Below are positions 40,201-50,601 of a stretch of DNA of 64,000 nt, one piece after another. The DNA is from Antedon mediterranea (taxonomy: Eukaryota > Animalia > Echinodermata): positions 29,810,388-29,874,387 of the forward strand of contig NC_092670.1 of the NCBI RefSeq assembly GCF_964355755.1. The letters run 5' to 3'. A program made the translations under genes and the position numbers. Under the pieces are notes generated by a model, which was given only the letters and a program-made list of their open reading frames with translations, ran no database searches and was not told the origin of the DNA. Positions within the stretch are counted from its first letter, which is position 1. Each line of letters begins with the position of its first letter.

Positions 40201-43200
40201 CTTAGACATTTATTTTTCATACACATCCAACAGCAAGTAACTCGCCAATTTAAGATTGCATAAACTATATCATGCTATAAGCCTCATTTGTGGCTTGTGG
40301 AGTGAGTAGAAACACTGAGTAGTTTACATCCCTGGCAGTAGGTCTTGAACTATATCATGCTATAAGCCTCATTTGAGGCTTGTGGAGTGAGTAGAAACAC
40401 CTAGTAGTTTACATCCCTGCCAGTAGGTCTTGAACTATATCATGCTATAGGCTTGTGGAGTGAGTAGAAATACTGAGTAGTTTACATCCCTGGCACTAGG
40501 TCAGAATTTCAAAACATTACTTTAACGTTACTTATAGTTTATCGAATGTTGTTTTTTACTTTTTATATACTGTAATTATGCTTAACATGCTTATATGTAA
40601 TACTAATAAGAAATACAGAAACTTTCATATTCATGTAATCATCAAATTTAGCACGTAACCAAAACAGGAGCAGTGTTAAAATTAAATTTATTGTATTTTC
40701 ACTTTGCTAATTTATTTTTGTATTTTGGTGTTTTTCAGCAAATACATGCAATTATCTCAGCATCAATTTCAATAAAGAATTCCAAACCTATAAGGAGAGT
40801 ATTAGAGGTAAGATTAGTGGTTATACATGAAATTAGGCTTGATCTAGGGTTGAGAGGATAGTATCCCAAAGCGATAAAGGAAGAGCTACTGCAAATCCAT
40901 AGATATATGAAATTGACATAGGTTCTAGGCTGTCCATAGAGTCCTGTTGGTTTTTTTTATCATTTGTATTTATATTGGATAACCTCTTCAGTCAATGACT
41001 GGTCTCCCTGAGGCCCAGTTATGGTTACTTTCTGTGTGTGTGGACTATTACACTACTTGTCTCTAGATTGCACATGAGCTAGATGTGTACGCTGAACCTT
41101 ATCCGAAGACTCTTTCTACCATGGAGCGAGTGAGCCTCGAACCGTTGCCGATGTTATGGCTACATAATTACGGTTCCACTGTCTTAACCGCTCGGCCACT
41201 CACTCTAACTTGAGGTCCAGTTTATACATCTGGCTTTTGTGCATTTTAAAAGACTCAATAACTTAGTTAAGGACTTTTACCATTAAGCACATAATATGAT
41301 AACTTAGAAAACATTATTTATCTTAATGAAACACTGTTGAGTTTAGGGTTTAAATAAAATTTAAAAAAAGATGTTACAATACTTTAATTTAGACTTTTAT
41401 TTTTACTTTTAGGTAATCTTGGCTTTCGGAAATTATCTGAACAGTTCGAAAAGAGGAGCAGCATATGGGTTTAAATTATCTAGTCTTGATACAGTAAGTT
41501 TCATTTTTGTATTTTTGTATTTGGGTTTTCTTTTGTTTGAAGAAGGGCCATCCACTCCATATAGTAATTACCAATGGTTAAGATCTGGAAGGTGAATGAG
41601 GACTGCTTGAGGTAGAACAAAATGCTTTGTTAATTCTTTTGTTCCATATTCAATCAGGCTTCTAAATCAAGTCAGTTAATTCATTGTTTATCATAGTTTT
41701 GTTGCTCTGTTGTGTATTTAGGTGATCATTTAGAATAAAATGATCACCTATTGTTATTGTATCAAATCTTTATTGTTATTATTGTTTCTGGGCACTATTT
41801 TGTGTAACAAATATCTAAAAAAGTTTAATGTCAATGATTACCAAAATTTCACAATGTCTTTCAAATACTGTAACTTAGTCCTAATAAGCTTTTCAGCGTG
41901 ATCACTCATCCGTGACGTCACGTATACGCCATTTTGTGAAATCACATTATCAATCATATCTCCATAATTCATTATCATATATTAATGAAATTCACTATAC
42001 ATAAACTTCAGGTGAAGGGTAAAAATATTAGCAAATAAAAACGCACGTGCACGTAGGGTCATGCGTGTGAAATCGTGCGTTAAAAATTTAAAAAGCTCAA
42101 AATTAAGTTTTGATCAATTTAGAGCATGAATTAGGCCATTTGCGTGTTTCAAATAATTACTGCGCAAAAATGCGTTTTTTCGCGCGCGATTCTTAAAAAG
42201 CGTAAAAATACGAATTTTTTGTAGAAATCGCATTCTACTCACCATCCTTAGTACAATCACCAAATTTGAGTCCGTTCCGACTTAAAATAACGCTATACGA
42301 GCATGTTAAAAATGACAAAATGCGCACATTAATTGCATAAAAGTGCTGAAAATGATGAAAAATAAGGCATTTTTAGAATGAAAATAATTCTTCAGAATGC
42401 ACGATGACCCCCAATTTTTTAAACTTAATATGGAAGCCAATAAGTTGTAGATATAAATGTATATACATATTAGACGTATAAAATGATATTACGTTATCAA
42501 ATGGCCACTTCAATTTAAAAATTAGGATTTTTTTTTCGTTTTGTGTAGGTTATCGCATTCAATAGAGCTCATCTCCGTTATTTGAGCCCGATTTTCGCAC
42601 AAATTTTAGTATGTGCTTGCTCAATTAGTTATCTTTCTCATCAGTTGTCAACATTTTCATTTTGATGACGTCATCACGTGTAAAAACTTGAATAACGTAG
42701 GTCGTGTAATATCACCTTCACTATATATTTGAATATTTGACAGCTCTTCAGAATTAAAGGTGACCTTGAAGATTATTACTTATTATGAAAGCTGATGAAA
42801 TGTAGATATGGATTCATATAAAAATTAAGCCTATCGGATGTAGTGATGTTATCATATGGCCAGTTGAAGTTAAAATGTAGATTTTAGATTTCTTTAGTCA
42901 AAGTTATACAAATTGCAAAGAGCGCGCATTGCGCTTCTACGTGTCAAATTCTTTTTCAATCCTTATATTTATTTGCTCAAGTCATTATCTTTCGAAATTG
43001 TCATCTTCGAGTTTATTTTGATAATTCCATCATACCAAAAATTTAGAACATGATGTGGGTCCCGTAATTTCACCTATGCTACACTGTATATAGATATACA
43101 GTATACTGTACATATTGTATATGACACATAATAGGTACAACTCAGCACTACAAGTGTATATGCATCATGTCATAGGATGGCGTACATCAGATTTTTACGA

Positions 43201-46200
43201 TCGTATGTTAACGTACGTGCATGTTTAAAAAATGTTAATTTCATTAAAATGATAAAAATGATCACCTATAATTCGTCAAAGTGACGAATTAAATTCTAGT
43301 TTAAATGTTATTGTTGTTTTCTGCATTACTAACCTTCAACTACTTTTGAGCAATTGTAATCTTGAGATGAATTTCCTTTTGGACAAATAAAATGAACTCT
43401 GAAGAAGTGTGCAGTGCTTGTCTGATACTAGTTGCTGTCATTTTTTCCATCTTCAGGATCACTTGACTACAAAAACTGATTCTTCACTGAGTTTTCAAAC
43501 CTAAAACTAGTTAGAAGGTGCACTACTGCAAATCCTAACTGTTGCAAACTTGTATTTGGTCAAAGTTTGTCAACTGGTCTACATTTTTGAAAATGTTCCA
43601 TGCCAAACTCAGTTTTTGCTCAAGTTTGCAAACTAAAGTTTGCTAGCTATTTACTAGTAATTCTATATAGCCTGCTAAGTGGGAGACAATCACTGCTTTT
43701 ATGACACTATTAAAATGATAATAATAATCTGTATTGCCTTCAGCTTTTAGATACTAAATCAACAGACAGGAAAGTGACGTTACTACATTTTATAGTTGAA
43801 ACAATTGACCAACGGTTTCCAGAATTACCAGCATTTACATCTGATTTACAATATGTACAGAAGGCATCAGCAGGTAAGCAGGATTTAAATAATTTATAGT
43901 TATGTGTTGTTTGAACTATTTCATTAGTAACATTTTGTTGCATTAACTTCCTTAGTAATTTATAATTGAGATTAAAGATTATAAACATTTTTAATTTTAC
44001 TTTACTAAATATTTAAATTTTGAATTAAATAATGTGCATTATTGAAATGACATTTGTTAAATAAATTAATTGTTAATATCAAATTACATAATAACATTTA
44101 TAAAAACAATTTCATTTACTTTTTATTTATTTTTATTTTTCATTACTATTATTACCTTGAATACATTTTTCCAGTCTCATTGGACAATTTAAAAGCAGAC
44201 ATTCGACAGTTAAAACAAGGCATGCAAGAATGTAAGAGGGAGTTTGCATTGAGCAGTGACAACACTGTGCTAAGAGACTTCTTAATTAATTCTGAAGACA
44301 AACTCAAGAAAATTGAAATTGAAGGGGACAAAGCTGCTGTAAGTTATTTACAGATAATTCTACTGCATGAAATCACTGTTTGCCAATTTTGAAATCACTG
44401 TTTGTGAGCTTGAGTGTCAGTGAACTTGAAAACACAATTTGCTAACTGAGAGTTACATTTCTACCACCTCGAATTGTACAAAATAATAATAGAAAAGTGT
44501 CTGGTGTGGAACAAGCAGACATATTACATGCTAGCCTACTAGATGTTTCTAAGAAATCATAGCAAAAGGGTTTATGTTTGTCAATTCAGTTTGCCACATA
44601 AATAAGTTTTAGCAATTTTTAATGAGCGCAGCATTATTCTGGACTCGGACCACATGGTCTTGTGCTTGATGGTGGTTGTTGTATTTCTTTTATTTTCAGG
44701 AAGCCTATAATGAAGTGGTTGTGTATTTTGGTGAGAACCCCAAGATGTGTCCCCCTACAGATTTCTTCCCCCTATTTTCACGGTTTGCAACAGCATACAA
44801 GGTATATTAATTAGTTCTTTTAAACATCAATGAAATACCTAAGATTGTAGTAAAACTATTCCTAGATATAATTTTTAGCAACATTTGTTTAAAATGTGCT
44901 TAAATTTAATAAAGTAGCTACTGTAATAATCAAGTAGTTCACTCAATAAATAATTTTATTTTTTAGCGAGCAGAAAAAGAAAATGAGCAAAGAAAAAAGT
45001 TGGCAGTAAGTTTAATTTAATTTCTAATAAGCAATAAAATACTTCTGTCAAGCAGTTAAAGTCTACAGTATCTAATTAGCGTTAAAAGCTTAAGATGGGT
45101 AGCTTGCAGCAAGACTGCTAGGGCAAAATTAAGCTAATGATAATAATAAACTGGGTTTAACCATACCTCCATGGTTTAACACACCCAGTACAAACTCACA
45201 CATTATGATCATGCATCAAGTAGAGGTGTTGTCAAAATACATTTTTATTGGTCCTTTAAATCTATTAAGTATCCCACTCACTCGTATTTACATTTAACAA
45301 TTGTTAATGTGACCTACAAAAACCCACTTGTTTTAAGTCCCTTTTCTAGATACACATTTTGCTCACAAATATTAATATTTTATAGAAAGCAGCAAAGGAT
45401 ACAAAAGCTAACATTGAAGCTGCAAAGAAGGCTCACTCAAATGCAAACAAGATCAGGAAGGGACAGGTATGTAATGATGCCTCAGATATGAACAATAGTC
45501 TCCAACACTTCTTAAAAGGCTGATGCCTTACTTGGACTTTAATGTACAAATCTGATTAGATAGAAACTCTAAACCATTGAAATAAATGCTCTTAAAACTA
45601 TGTTATATACGATCTTGCAGGATGCATTGGTATCAGAGCTCCAGAATCGATATGGCAAGAGGGAATTAGGAATCAAACCAGTGTCAGATGGTGCTCTTGA
45701 AGGAATCATTACAGGTATGGTTGATGTTCTTAATTAAACATGTGCATTTACTACATAACTGTACAATGTATCACTGTGATGCGAAGTTTCATAGATTGAT
45801 CATAATAATGTTTGAATCTTGAAGTCTTACATAATGCCCCTTTAATGACACTAAAGCCTGGTTCCCACTAGGACGCAAAGCAAGGACGTAAGCGCAACAA
45901 CACGCAAGTTAACTCATGACAGGCAAGAATTTGAATAACCCATTACATGTCAAATTACTGTACTTGTTACTTGTCCTCCCTAGTAGTGGGAACCAAGCTT
46001 TTAATAGTTTGTTTCATATATTGATCTTAAACATGTAGACCAATTTTCTTTAAAGTCAATCAGATTGAATTTCTTAATCATCCACAATTTAAGTCAACCC
46101 TAGATATACATAGCCTACTGTACTATAGTGGAGTTACAATTACATGAAACAGACATTTCTTTCAGTACAAAGATTCGCTTTTTGCATTGAATAATGTTGC

Positions 46201-49200
46201 ATAGCACTGTGTATAAAAAGGCCTACAGTCTGTGCCATGCTTTTGTCACAATATCATAGAAATAGGCATGTTAGTGCTTTATATTTTTATCATCAATTAC
46301 AGTAGGTTGGCCTCCACACCATACACATTGGTGAGATGTTCTGAGAGTTTTTAGTTCTGAATTTCTGTTGAAAGTGTAGTGTTCTATCAAGTTTCACCAA
46401 ATACTACCTTGTGTATTTGCATTAAAAAATTAAAAAGAAAATCGAAAATTATATAGACACAACAAAAAACCTTCCTGTCCATAACAGAGTAAAATGTCGC
46501 ATAAGAGAGAATTAACTGATGATGATAGTATTTGCATTAAAGTTTCTGAATCCTGAAAAAGTACTTTTACATGTTCAAATACACCTCCTCTATACGATTT
46601 CTACCACTACTTAAGTTTAAGATCCCACCAGTGGGACAGCCAGTCGACAAATCGTGTCAAATTTCGACTCGGAGAGGGCGCCCTACTTTTCTAATTTGGT
46701 TCAAAATTGCTAAATTTTAGGGTGTTGGAAAAACACAATATTTGTAAATTTAGCTGATTATCGGAAAAATATTGTTAGTGAAATAAATTCATAAATGGTT
46801 TTAATATATTGTCATGTAAAATTAAATGTATTTGAACAAAACGATAATCTGTAATTTAACGGCAAAATCAACCAATGTCTTTTTTCCGAAATTGTACCCT
46901 AGAAAATCGTTAAAATAAAATATTTAGAAAAATTGAACAGTCCTGAATTTAAAATCCCTGTTAGAAAAATTAATAATCTACAGAATGCGATATTAAGATA
47001 CAAAATTCGGTGGTTGGGATGCAGCTCCGACTATTCAAACTAAAGGTACCACTATTTGTTCCATCGAAAACTAGCGAAACCGCCATTTTGTAAACACATC
47101 GTCATCGTGTTTATGAATTTATTTATAGCGAACGATATACGCGATGTTTATAATTGTCCGCGTATAAGAATTCATATAAATAATACATTCCAATACAACG
47201 TATATTATTACTTGTTTATTTATCACAGTATACATTTTAGTTGAGGAATATTTTCATAACTATTATAATAGCTTTTATACGAGTCCGAGGCCTAGCCCTA
47301 TTAGCGAGCGATTGTTCAAGGGGCGGAAAGTCACTTAGTGACGTTGTGATCGGGCGCGTCGGGCCTAGCTAATATTAAAAATATTACCTGAAATAAGCGG
47401 CTAACAAGAACTGTTATATACATGCTTACAATTGTTTTGTTATTGATGAACAAACAAGCAATTAGATTGAATAACAAATTATTTATTCATTTTTTTGGGT
47501 AAAAACATGTACAAACTAGTAGTAGTACTGTATAATATAAATTAATAGTAATATTAAACTAATACAGTATAATAATAAAATATAAAATAGGCCTAACATA
47601 CAATAAATATTCAATTTTTAAGGTCTATCACATGACAATAACATAATTTACAGAGTATAGTGTAGTAGGTTTGCATTCAACATAAATATTTATTTGTAAT
47701 TCAACATTTTGTTTTAAATAATTAAATTATAGTTTGGGTATGACAATGTCGGTAGGTACCGGTGTCATCTTTTTATCCACTTCACTCTCAGTTTGAAGTC
47801 ACAAAGACAGAGAATTCTCTGCATCATCAACGATTCCTGAAAGTGTCAGAAAAAATAATAAATATTATTTAAAAAAAATTTTAATGTCTGGTTGTATATA
47901 TAATTATAATATTATGATGACATAAAAGTAAGGCAAATAGAAGCTGTATTTTATTAATTAAATTACAGTATTTACTATTATTATTTATATAATCTATGCC
48001 TACTAGTAGCCTAGCTAGGCATCTATTGAACCTAATAAATCAAATAATAAATGAAAAATAAAATAATAATATTAAATACTGATTGAAAAAAGGGATTTTT
48101 TGGGGCGGGAGATCAGATCACCAGGCTAGGCCGGCCAGGACCAATGATACTCGTAATCAGTAAAACTTAACGACTATCGGATCAGCATCAACACAGTACA
48201 ACACACGTCTCGCTATATCGCCTATACTGACACACGTGTCTCGCGTTGCCGAAACCACGCTCACAGCTAGAAAATGTACATACCTTTCGAGGCCTGAGAA
48301 TACACCAATAAATTTTGAACAGGATAGAAATATATCATACTCGATTAAACTAATATTATTCTTGATAAAACAATTGATTATAATTTGTTTAATTTGTTGG
48401 GATGCACCTCCGACTATTCAGAAAATGGACAACAAAACAGTAGTCAAATCGTACCACATTTATAAATTTCACGAGTCCCGACTTTAGTCGCCGAATGTAT
48501 TGTATTAGCTTCGGTTTCTTTGAAGGAAACCGATTGGTTATTCAATTATACTTATTAGGAAATGCTTTTACCATAATAGGTAATGTTGGGCGGTTCTTAA
48601 ATATTCATGAGAGCTTAAAATAAAACAGCACTTATTTGCTAGGCGACGAAAAATCATGGTTTCAGTTTTCAACGATAGGTGGCGCTTCAAAATCGTCAAT
48701 GCGGAAGTAAGTCGATTTTACACGATTTAACGGTCAAAACGCGAAGTGGCTTTCCCACTGCCACAATTTGATTTATTAATAATTTTAAAAACAAAACAAA
48801 ACGTTTTCCACAATTCCCAACATATAATACTTAAATATTTAGTATTTTACAGATTTACATTTATATATGGTTAACATTATTGTTATAATCAAAAGAAATG
48901 TATTTTTTGTTGTTAGTGTAAACACACAGTAGTGGCCTTTTAATAATTATTGCTGAACCCGTGTAGGTTATAGATCCTGCAACAAATTACTTTGTGTGTT
49001 ACTGAATCTTCTCCTTCCAAATAATTCTTGTGGTAGGTTTACAAACCAATCAATTACCAAACATTTTTAACATACAGAAGCCAGTTTTGGGACATCTTTA
49101 AATTATTTTCAAATCTGTACATGAATAATTAATATAATATTGAAAGGTCATAAAATTAAAAATTGTATAATTCTGGTCACAACAAAATATAGTTTCAATT

Positions 49201-50601
49201 TATTAACGATAGTTGCAATTGATCATAAAGCAAAAATACCTGTGATGCATCACTGCTTCAATGGTATTTGCCTTGTGCACTTAAAATAGAGTTATGGTTA
49301 CCCCGGTGTAAATGTTATAAACTGTCACTGTTGTGGATAGAAACATAAACCTGTATAATAATGGCAGCTAATGTCATGCCCTTATGAGGGGAAGAATGTG
49401 TAAAGTGTTATATTTGCAGCGAATTGGGAGCTTAATTGATTTTATTGTCATATGAAAGTAGGATTTTATCATTTTAGTTGTCAATTATTTATTATTTCCT
49501 TCTTTCAATCAAGGTCTCATTTACTAATTCGGTAACTATTGTTTTTGTTTGCAGCACGAGACATTACTTATTCATTATACATTATTATATACTGGTTTGG
49601 ATTTTACATTCTCTCTCCATAAATAACATCCATTACTCATCGTTTTATTATCACACAAGGTTTTTTCTTGCTCACTACATCCCTCCCCAACCCCCAGGTT
49701 GTATAAGCTTTCAAAACATTTTACACCCCTATAGGTAATGTTGTGCTGTTTCACCAATACACCACTCAGTAAAAATGTATAGTGAAAACAATATAGCAGG
49801 CCCATAGATTATTACTAGTTCAATGGAAATGTTGAGACTTTAACCAGCACCAACATAATACATTATCAGGTTCATCACATTCTTTATATCACCACTTTCA
49901 GTCAAATTGCTCAAATTTTCAGCGTGTTTTTACCATAACCATCTTCAATCTTTTTACTCATTTTAAATCAATTATTACCTTGGTTGTTGATTGTTCTCAG
50001 AAATCTGTACTTTATCCCATATACTATAGTACCTCACAGTTTATCACATAATCCAAACACATCACGCTACATTGCCACAAAACCTTGCAAAGTGTATGAA
50101 TTGCCCACTCATCTCATGCTTATTATTTATGCTCAATGCAGTGGTGATGGTGGCAAATACATATAATATATGATAGTGTACTGTACATAGATTTTATGAA
50201 GGATAATGCCCTAATGCTAATTAGTATTACTATTCTAGCTAAGGGTGTCTTTGTCCTTTCATATTTGACAATTTCCTATTAATTTAAACATACCACTCTC
50301 ATAGTACTATACTTATTTAAACTTTGAATTGTGAACTATAATAGCCACCCACCCGTTTGCACATGCATATTGCATTGACCATGTTTTTGTAAGAAACACC
50401 ATTAGAAATTAAAATAATTAAATACACTGTTTACCATTTCTTTCTCAATGTAGAGAATTTCTTTAATGTATTGTGTATGTTTTATACCTAGATCTGAAAA
50501 ACGAGCCATATAGACGCGCCGATGCAGTGAGGCGTAGTCTCAGACGAAAACAGGAAAACCAATTCCGTGCTAGCATTCTATCAGATGAAATGGTTATATA
50601 A
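8503..50601 (+). CDS. FMNL: Formin-like protein, FMNL/FRL subfamily (27 coding exons, ~1091 aa; GBD-FH3, coiled coil, FH1, FH2, DAD). The first exon is tentative.
   Basis: Manually spliced with GT-AG introns and consistent phases: 8503-8730, 11301-11384, 12558-12638, 20712-20791, 21570-21653, 30495-30663, 31516-31592, 32182-32275, 33228-33305, 33564-33674, 34059-34208, 34524-34625, 34966-35266, 38102-38308, 38617-38741, 39159-39358, 39778-39925, 40099-40185, 40739-40807, 41413-41493, 43744-43873, 44175-44338, 44700-44801, 44967-45005, 45386-45466, 45621-45714, 50492-50601 (3276 nt). Peptides such as [69 protein letters not shown] and [16 protein letters not shown] closely match FMNL proteins as I recall them. 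Confidence 0.93.
8927..9046 (+). repeat. ~20-21-bp minisatellite (atgcccagtttacaggccc-like, ~6 copies)
   Basis: Tandem degenerate units, directly visible. Confidence 0.75.
9851..10462. mobile_element. Kolobok-like MITE (copy 1)
   Basis: TTAA on both sides and degenerate AGACACCTTCCCTAC TIRs. It is a reverse-complement homolog of 57448-58073. Confidence 0.75.
11301..11384 (+). CDS. FMNL: FMNL exon (GBD start) [28 protein letters not shown]
   Basis: tttag acceptor, gtaaag donor, conserved FMNL peptide. Confidence 0.95.
11511..12299. mobile_element. Tc1/mariner-pogo-like MITE
   Basis: TIR CC(G/A)TATTGTTCCTAATAAAC(G/T)CCCCC with TA flanks. Confidence 0.75.
12558..12638 (+). CDS. FMNL: FMNL exon [27 protein letters not shown]
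   Basis: tgtag acceptor, gtaagg donor, 81 nt, phase 0/0. Confidence 0.92.
14555..14575 (+). CDS. FMNL: Candidate 21-nt cassette microexon (RPDFLLE)
   Basis: Long T-rich tract, then ttttag, CGTCCAGATTTTCTTCTGGAG and a gtgagt donor. Phase 0/0, matching the host intron. Confidence 0.55.
15318..16215 (+). mobile_element. PIF/Harbinger non-autonomous element with Myb/SANT-like remnant
   Basis: ~37-bp TIR GGGTATGTTCAGACTCACGGAGTTACGGTGGAGTTAT and TAA TSD. Internal ORF 15634-15798 ([19 protein letters not shown]...VFKEIASKL) resembles the Harbinger Myb/SANT protein. Confidence 0.85.
16471..17407. mobile_element. Non-autonomous Sola2-like element (copy 1)
   Basis: GGGTCATTCCA termini, long imperfect TIRs, AAAA 4-bp TSD. 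Homologous to 60986-62920. Confidence 0.8.
18579..19770 (-). pseudogene. Sola2-like transposase C-terminal remnant, split by a SINE
   Basis: Motifs [32 protein letters not shown] and [18 protein letters not shown]. The N-terminus is missing. Confidence 0.8.
19076..19428 (+). mobile_element. tRNA-derived SINE with Deu/Meta-type central domain
   Basis: A box TGGCCGAGCGG (19088), B box GGTTCGAGGCC (19154), central GATAAGGACTATAAACCGTAGGTCC...AAAGAACCC...AAGAGTAGGGG, A-rich tail. Confidence 0.82.
20712..20791 (+). CDS. FMNL: FMNL exon [27 protein letters not shown]
   Basis: cacag acceptor, gtaagt donor, conserved LEISLRTN. Confidence 0.95.
20869..21230 (-). mobile_element. Composite SINE: 5S rRNA head + tRNA-like segment + body + (ATACA)n tail
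   Basis: On the minus strand: near full-length 5S, then TGGTGTAATGG (A box) and GGGTTCGAG (B box), a CCTTAGGCAAG motif, and a microsatellite tail. Confidence 0.75.
21117..21230 (-). pseudogene. 5S rRNA-derived sequence (diverged; SINE head)
   Basis: The reverse complement tacggccatactgcgttgaaacaccggttttcgtcagatcaccgaagttaagcaacg...ggatgggagaccg...gggtgctgta follows metazoan 5S rRNA, with substitutions. Confidence 0.85.
21570..21653 (+). CDS. FMNL: FMNL exon [28 protein letters not shown]
   Basis: tttag acceptor, gtaagt donor, conserved WVREFL...GLDVLVEYL. Confidence 0.95.
24383..26014 (-). mobile_element. Decayed RTE-clade LINE fragment (end of endonuclease to reverse transcriptase)
   Basis: Frameshifted ORFs with [49 protein letters not shown] and KKTEVL. 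Truncated at both ends. Confidence 0.9.
26335..26518 (-). mobile_element. 3' part of a SINE (same family as 31150-31362)
   Basis: The reverse complement shares ctctggt(g/t)aaggtgg..cactggacgagagaagcccttg...gctttaaacagt with the 31.3-kb copy; A-rich tail. Confidence 0.6.
27965..29049. mobile_element. PIF/Harbinger-like MITE
   Basis: ~40-bp TIR GGCCCTGTTCAGACCCATGGCGTTAGACCGTTTTAGCGTAC and 3-bp TSD TGA. Confidence 0.85.
30495..30663 (+). CDS. FMNL: FMNL exon ending [17 protein letters not shown]
   Basis: tacag acceptor, gtaaag donor, phase 2 to 0. Confidence 0.92.
31150..31362 (+). mobile_element. Degenerate 5S-headed SINE (SINE3-like)
   Basis: tacggccttactacgttgaaacac / aagttaagcaa / ggaatatcaggcgtcgtcaggc are three collinear 5S blocks with internal deletions, followed by a body shared with the 26.4-kb copy. 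Confidence 0.55.
31516..31592 (+). CDS. FMNL: FMNL exon [26 protein letters not shown]
   Basis: ttcag acceptor, gtattt donor, conserved peptide. Confidence 0.94.
32182..32275 (+). CDS. FMNL: FMNL exon [31 protein letters not shown]
   Basis: ttcag acceptor, gtatgt donor, conserved FH3 peptide. Confidence 0.95.
32678..33015 (+). repeat. Intronic minisatellite (~45-55-bp units around ccagtgtcattggcatatct)
   Basis: Six copies of the core with two alternating linker types. Confidence 0.85.
33228..33305 (+). CDS. FMNL: FMNL exon [26 protein letters not shown]
   Basis: cctag acceptor, gtatga donor. Confidence 0.94.
33564..33674 (+). CDS. FMNL: FMNL exon [37 protein letters not shown]
   Basis: tgcag acceptor, gtacag donor, highly conserved FH3 peptide. 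Confidence 0.95.
34059..34208 (+). CDS. FMNL: FMNL exon [20 protein letters not shown]...HLYR
   Basis: tacag acceptor, gtaaat donor. Confidence 0.95.
34524..34625 (+). CDS. FMNL: FMNL coiled-coil exon LSEKLQQTE...ELHEVK
   Basis: tacag acceptor, gtaaag donor, 102 nt. Confidence 0.92.
34966..35266 (+). CDS. FMNL: FMNL exon with (GGTGS)n linker and first poly-Pro tract
   Basis: actag acceptor, gtatga donor, open frame, phase 0 to 1. Confidence 0.88.
35077..35181 (+). repeat. Coding 15-bp tandem repeat x7 (GGTGS)
   Basis: ggtggaacaggttca x5 plus two variant copies. Confidence 0.95.
38102..38308 (+). CDS. FMNL: FMNL FH1 poly-proline exon
   Basis: tacag acceptor, gtaagt donor, CCN-rich, phase 1/1. 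Confidence 0.93.
38384..38488 (+). repeat. 50-bp direct duplication (period 55)
   Basis: ttacatctcttcagtagatgacattctatagggactcctcagaatgtaag occurs twice. Confidence 0.9.
38617..38741 (+). CDS. FMNL: FMNL FH2 start [18 protein letters not shown]...RVMK
   Basis: tacag acceptor, gtatgt donor. Confidence 0.95.
39159..39358 (+). CDS. FMNL: FMNL FH2 exon [14 protein letters not shown]...NLAITRRK...
   Basis: ttaag acceptor, gtaaga donor. Contains the conserved FH2 Ile (NLAI). Confidence 0.94.
39778..39925 (+). CDS. FMNL: FMNL FH2 exon [12 protein letters not shown]...EDNFMYM
   Basis: attag acceptor, gtgagt donor. Confidence 0.94.
40099..40185 (+). CDS. FMNL: FMNL FH2 exon [20 protein letters not shown]...LQP
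   Basis: tatag acceptor, gtatgt donor. Confidence 0.94.
40263..40502 (+). repeat. ~85-bp tandem repeat x3
   Basis: aactatatcatgctata...gcttgtggagtgagtagaaa...tttacatccctg is repeated three times; the third copy has a deletion. Confidence 0.85.
40739..40807 (+). CDS. FMNL: FMNL FH2 exon [23 protein letters not shown]
   Basis: ttcag acceptor, gtaaga donor. Confidence 0.94.
40951..41206 (-). mobile_element. tRNA-derived SINE related to 19076-19428
   Basis: Reverse complement: gagtggccgagcggttaag...aacatcggcaacggttcgaggctcactcgctcc...gtcttcggataagg..., A-rich tail. Confidence 0.75.
41413..41493 (+). CDS. FMNL: FMNL FH2 exon [27 protein letters not shown]
   Basis: tttag acceptor, gtaagt donor, GNYxN FH2 signature. 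Confidence 0.95.
41717..43301 (+). mobile_element. Helentron-associated non-autonomous element (HINE/DINE-1-like)
   Basis: 5' TAGGTGATCATTT with a nearby inverted copy, 3' AAATGATCACCTA subterminal repeat, then hairpin aattcgtca-aag-tgacgaatt and CTAGTT. No TSD, T-rich flanks. Confidence 0.75.
43744..43873 (+). CDS. FMNL: FMNL FH2 exon [18 protein letters not shown]...KASA
   Basis: ttcag acceptor, gtaagc donor, conserved FH2 Lys (DTKS). Confidence 0.95.
44175..44338 (+). CDS. FMNL: FMNL FH2 exon [12 protein letters not shown]...GDKAA
   Basis: tccag acceptor, gtaagt donor. Confidence 0.94.
44700..44801 (+). CDS. FMNL: FMNL FH2 exon [15 protein letters not shown]...ATAYK
   Basis: ttcag acceptor, gtatat donor, YFGE motif. 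Confidence 0.95.
44967..45005 (+). CDS. FMNL: FMNL short exon [13 protein letters not shown]
   Basis: tttag acceptor, gtaagt donor, 39 nt, phase 0/0. Confidence 0.88.
45386..45466 (+). CDS. FMNL: FMNL exon [11 protein letters not shown]...IRKGQ
   Basis: tatag acceptor, gtatgt donor, 81 nt. Confidence 0.82.
45621..45714 (+). CDS. FMNL: FMNL WH2-like/DAD exon [10 protein letters not shown]...DGALEGIIT
   Basis: tgcag acceptor, gtatgg donor, DAD core DGALE.II. Confidence 0.93.
45855..45999. mobile_element. Small Harbinger-like MITE
   Basis: AGCCTGGTTCCCACTA / TAGTGGGAACCAAGCT TIRs; TSD imperfect. A related decayed copy lies near 35920-36055. Confidence 0.5.
46629..48760. mobile_element. 2.1-kb non-autonomous TIR element, Academ-like
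   Basis: CAGTGGGA(C/A)AGCCA TIRs, CCAC 4-bp direct repeat on both sides, CpG-richer interior, no recognisable ORF. Confidence 0.6.
50492..50601 (+). CDS. FMNL: FMNL terminal coding exon [20 protein letters not shown]...EMVI*
   Basis: cctag acceptor, phase 1, resembles the vertebrate FMNL2 terminal exon, TAA stop at 50599-50601. Confidence 0.93.
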
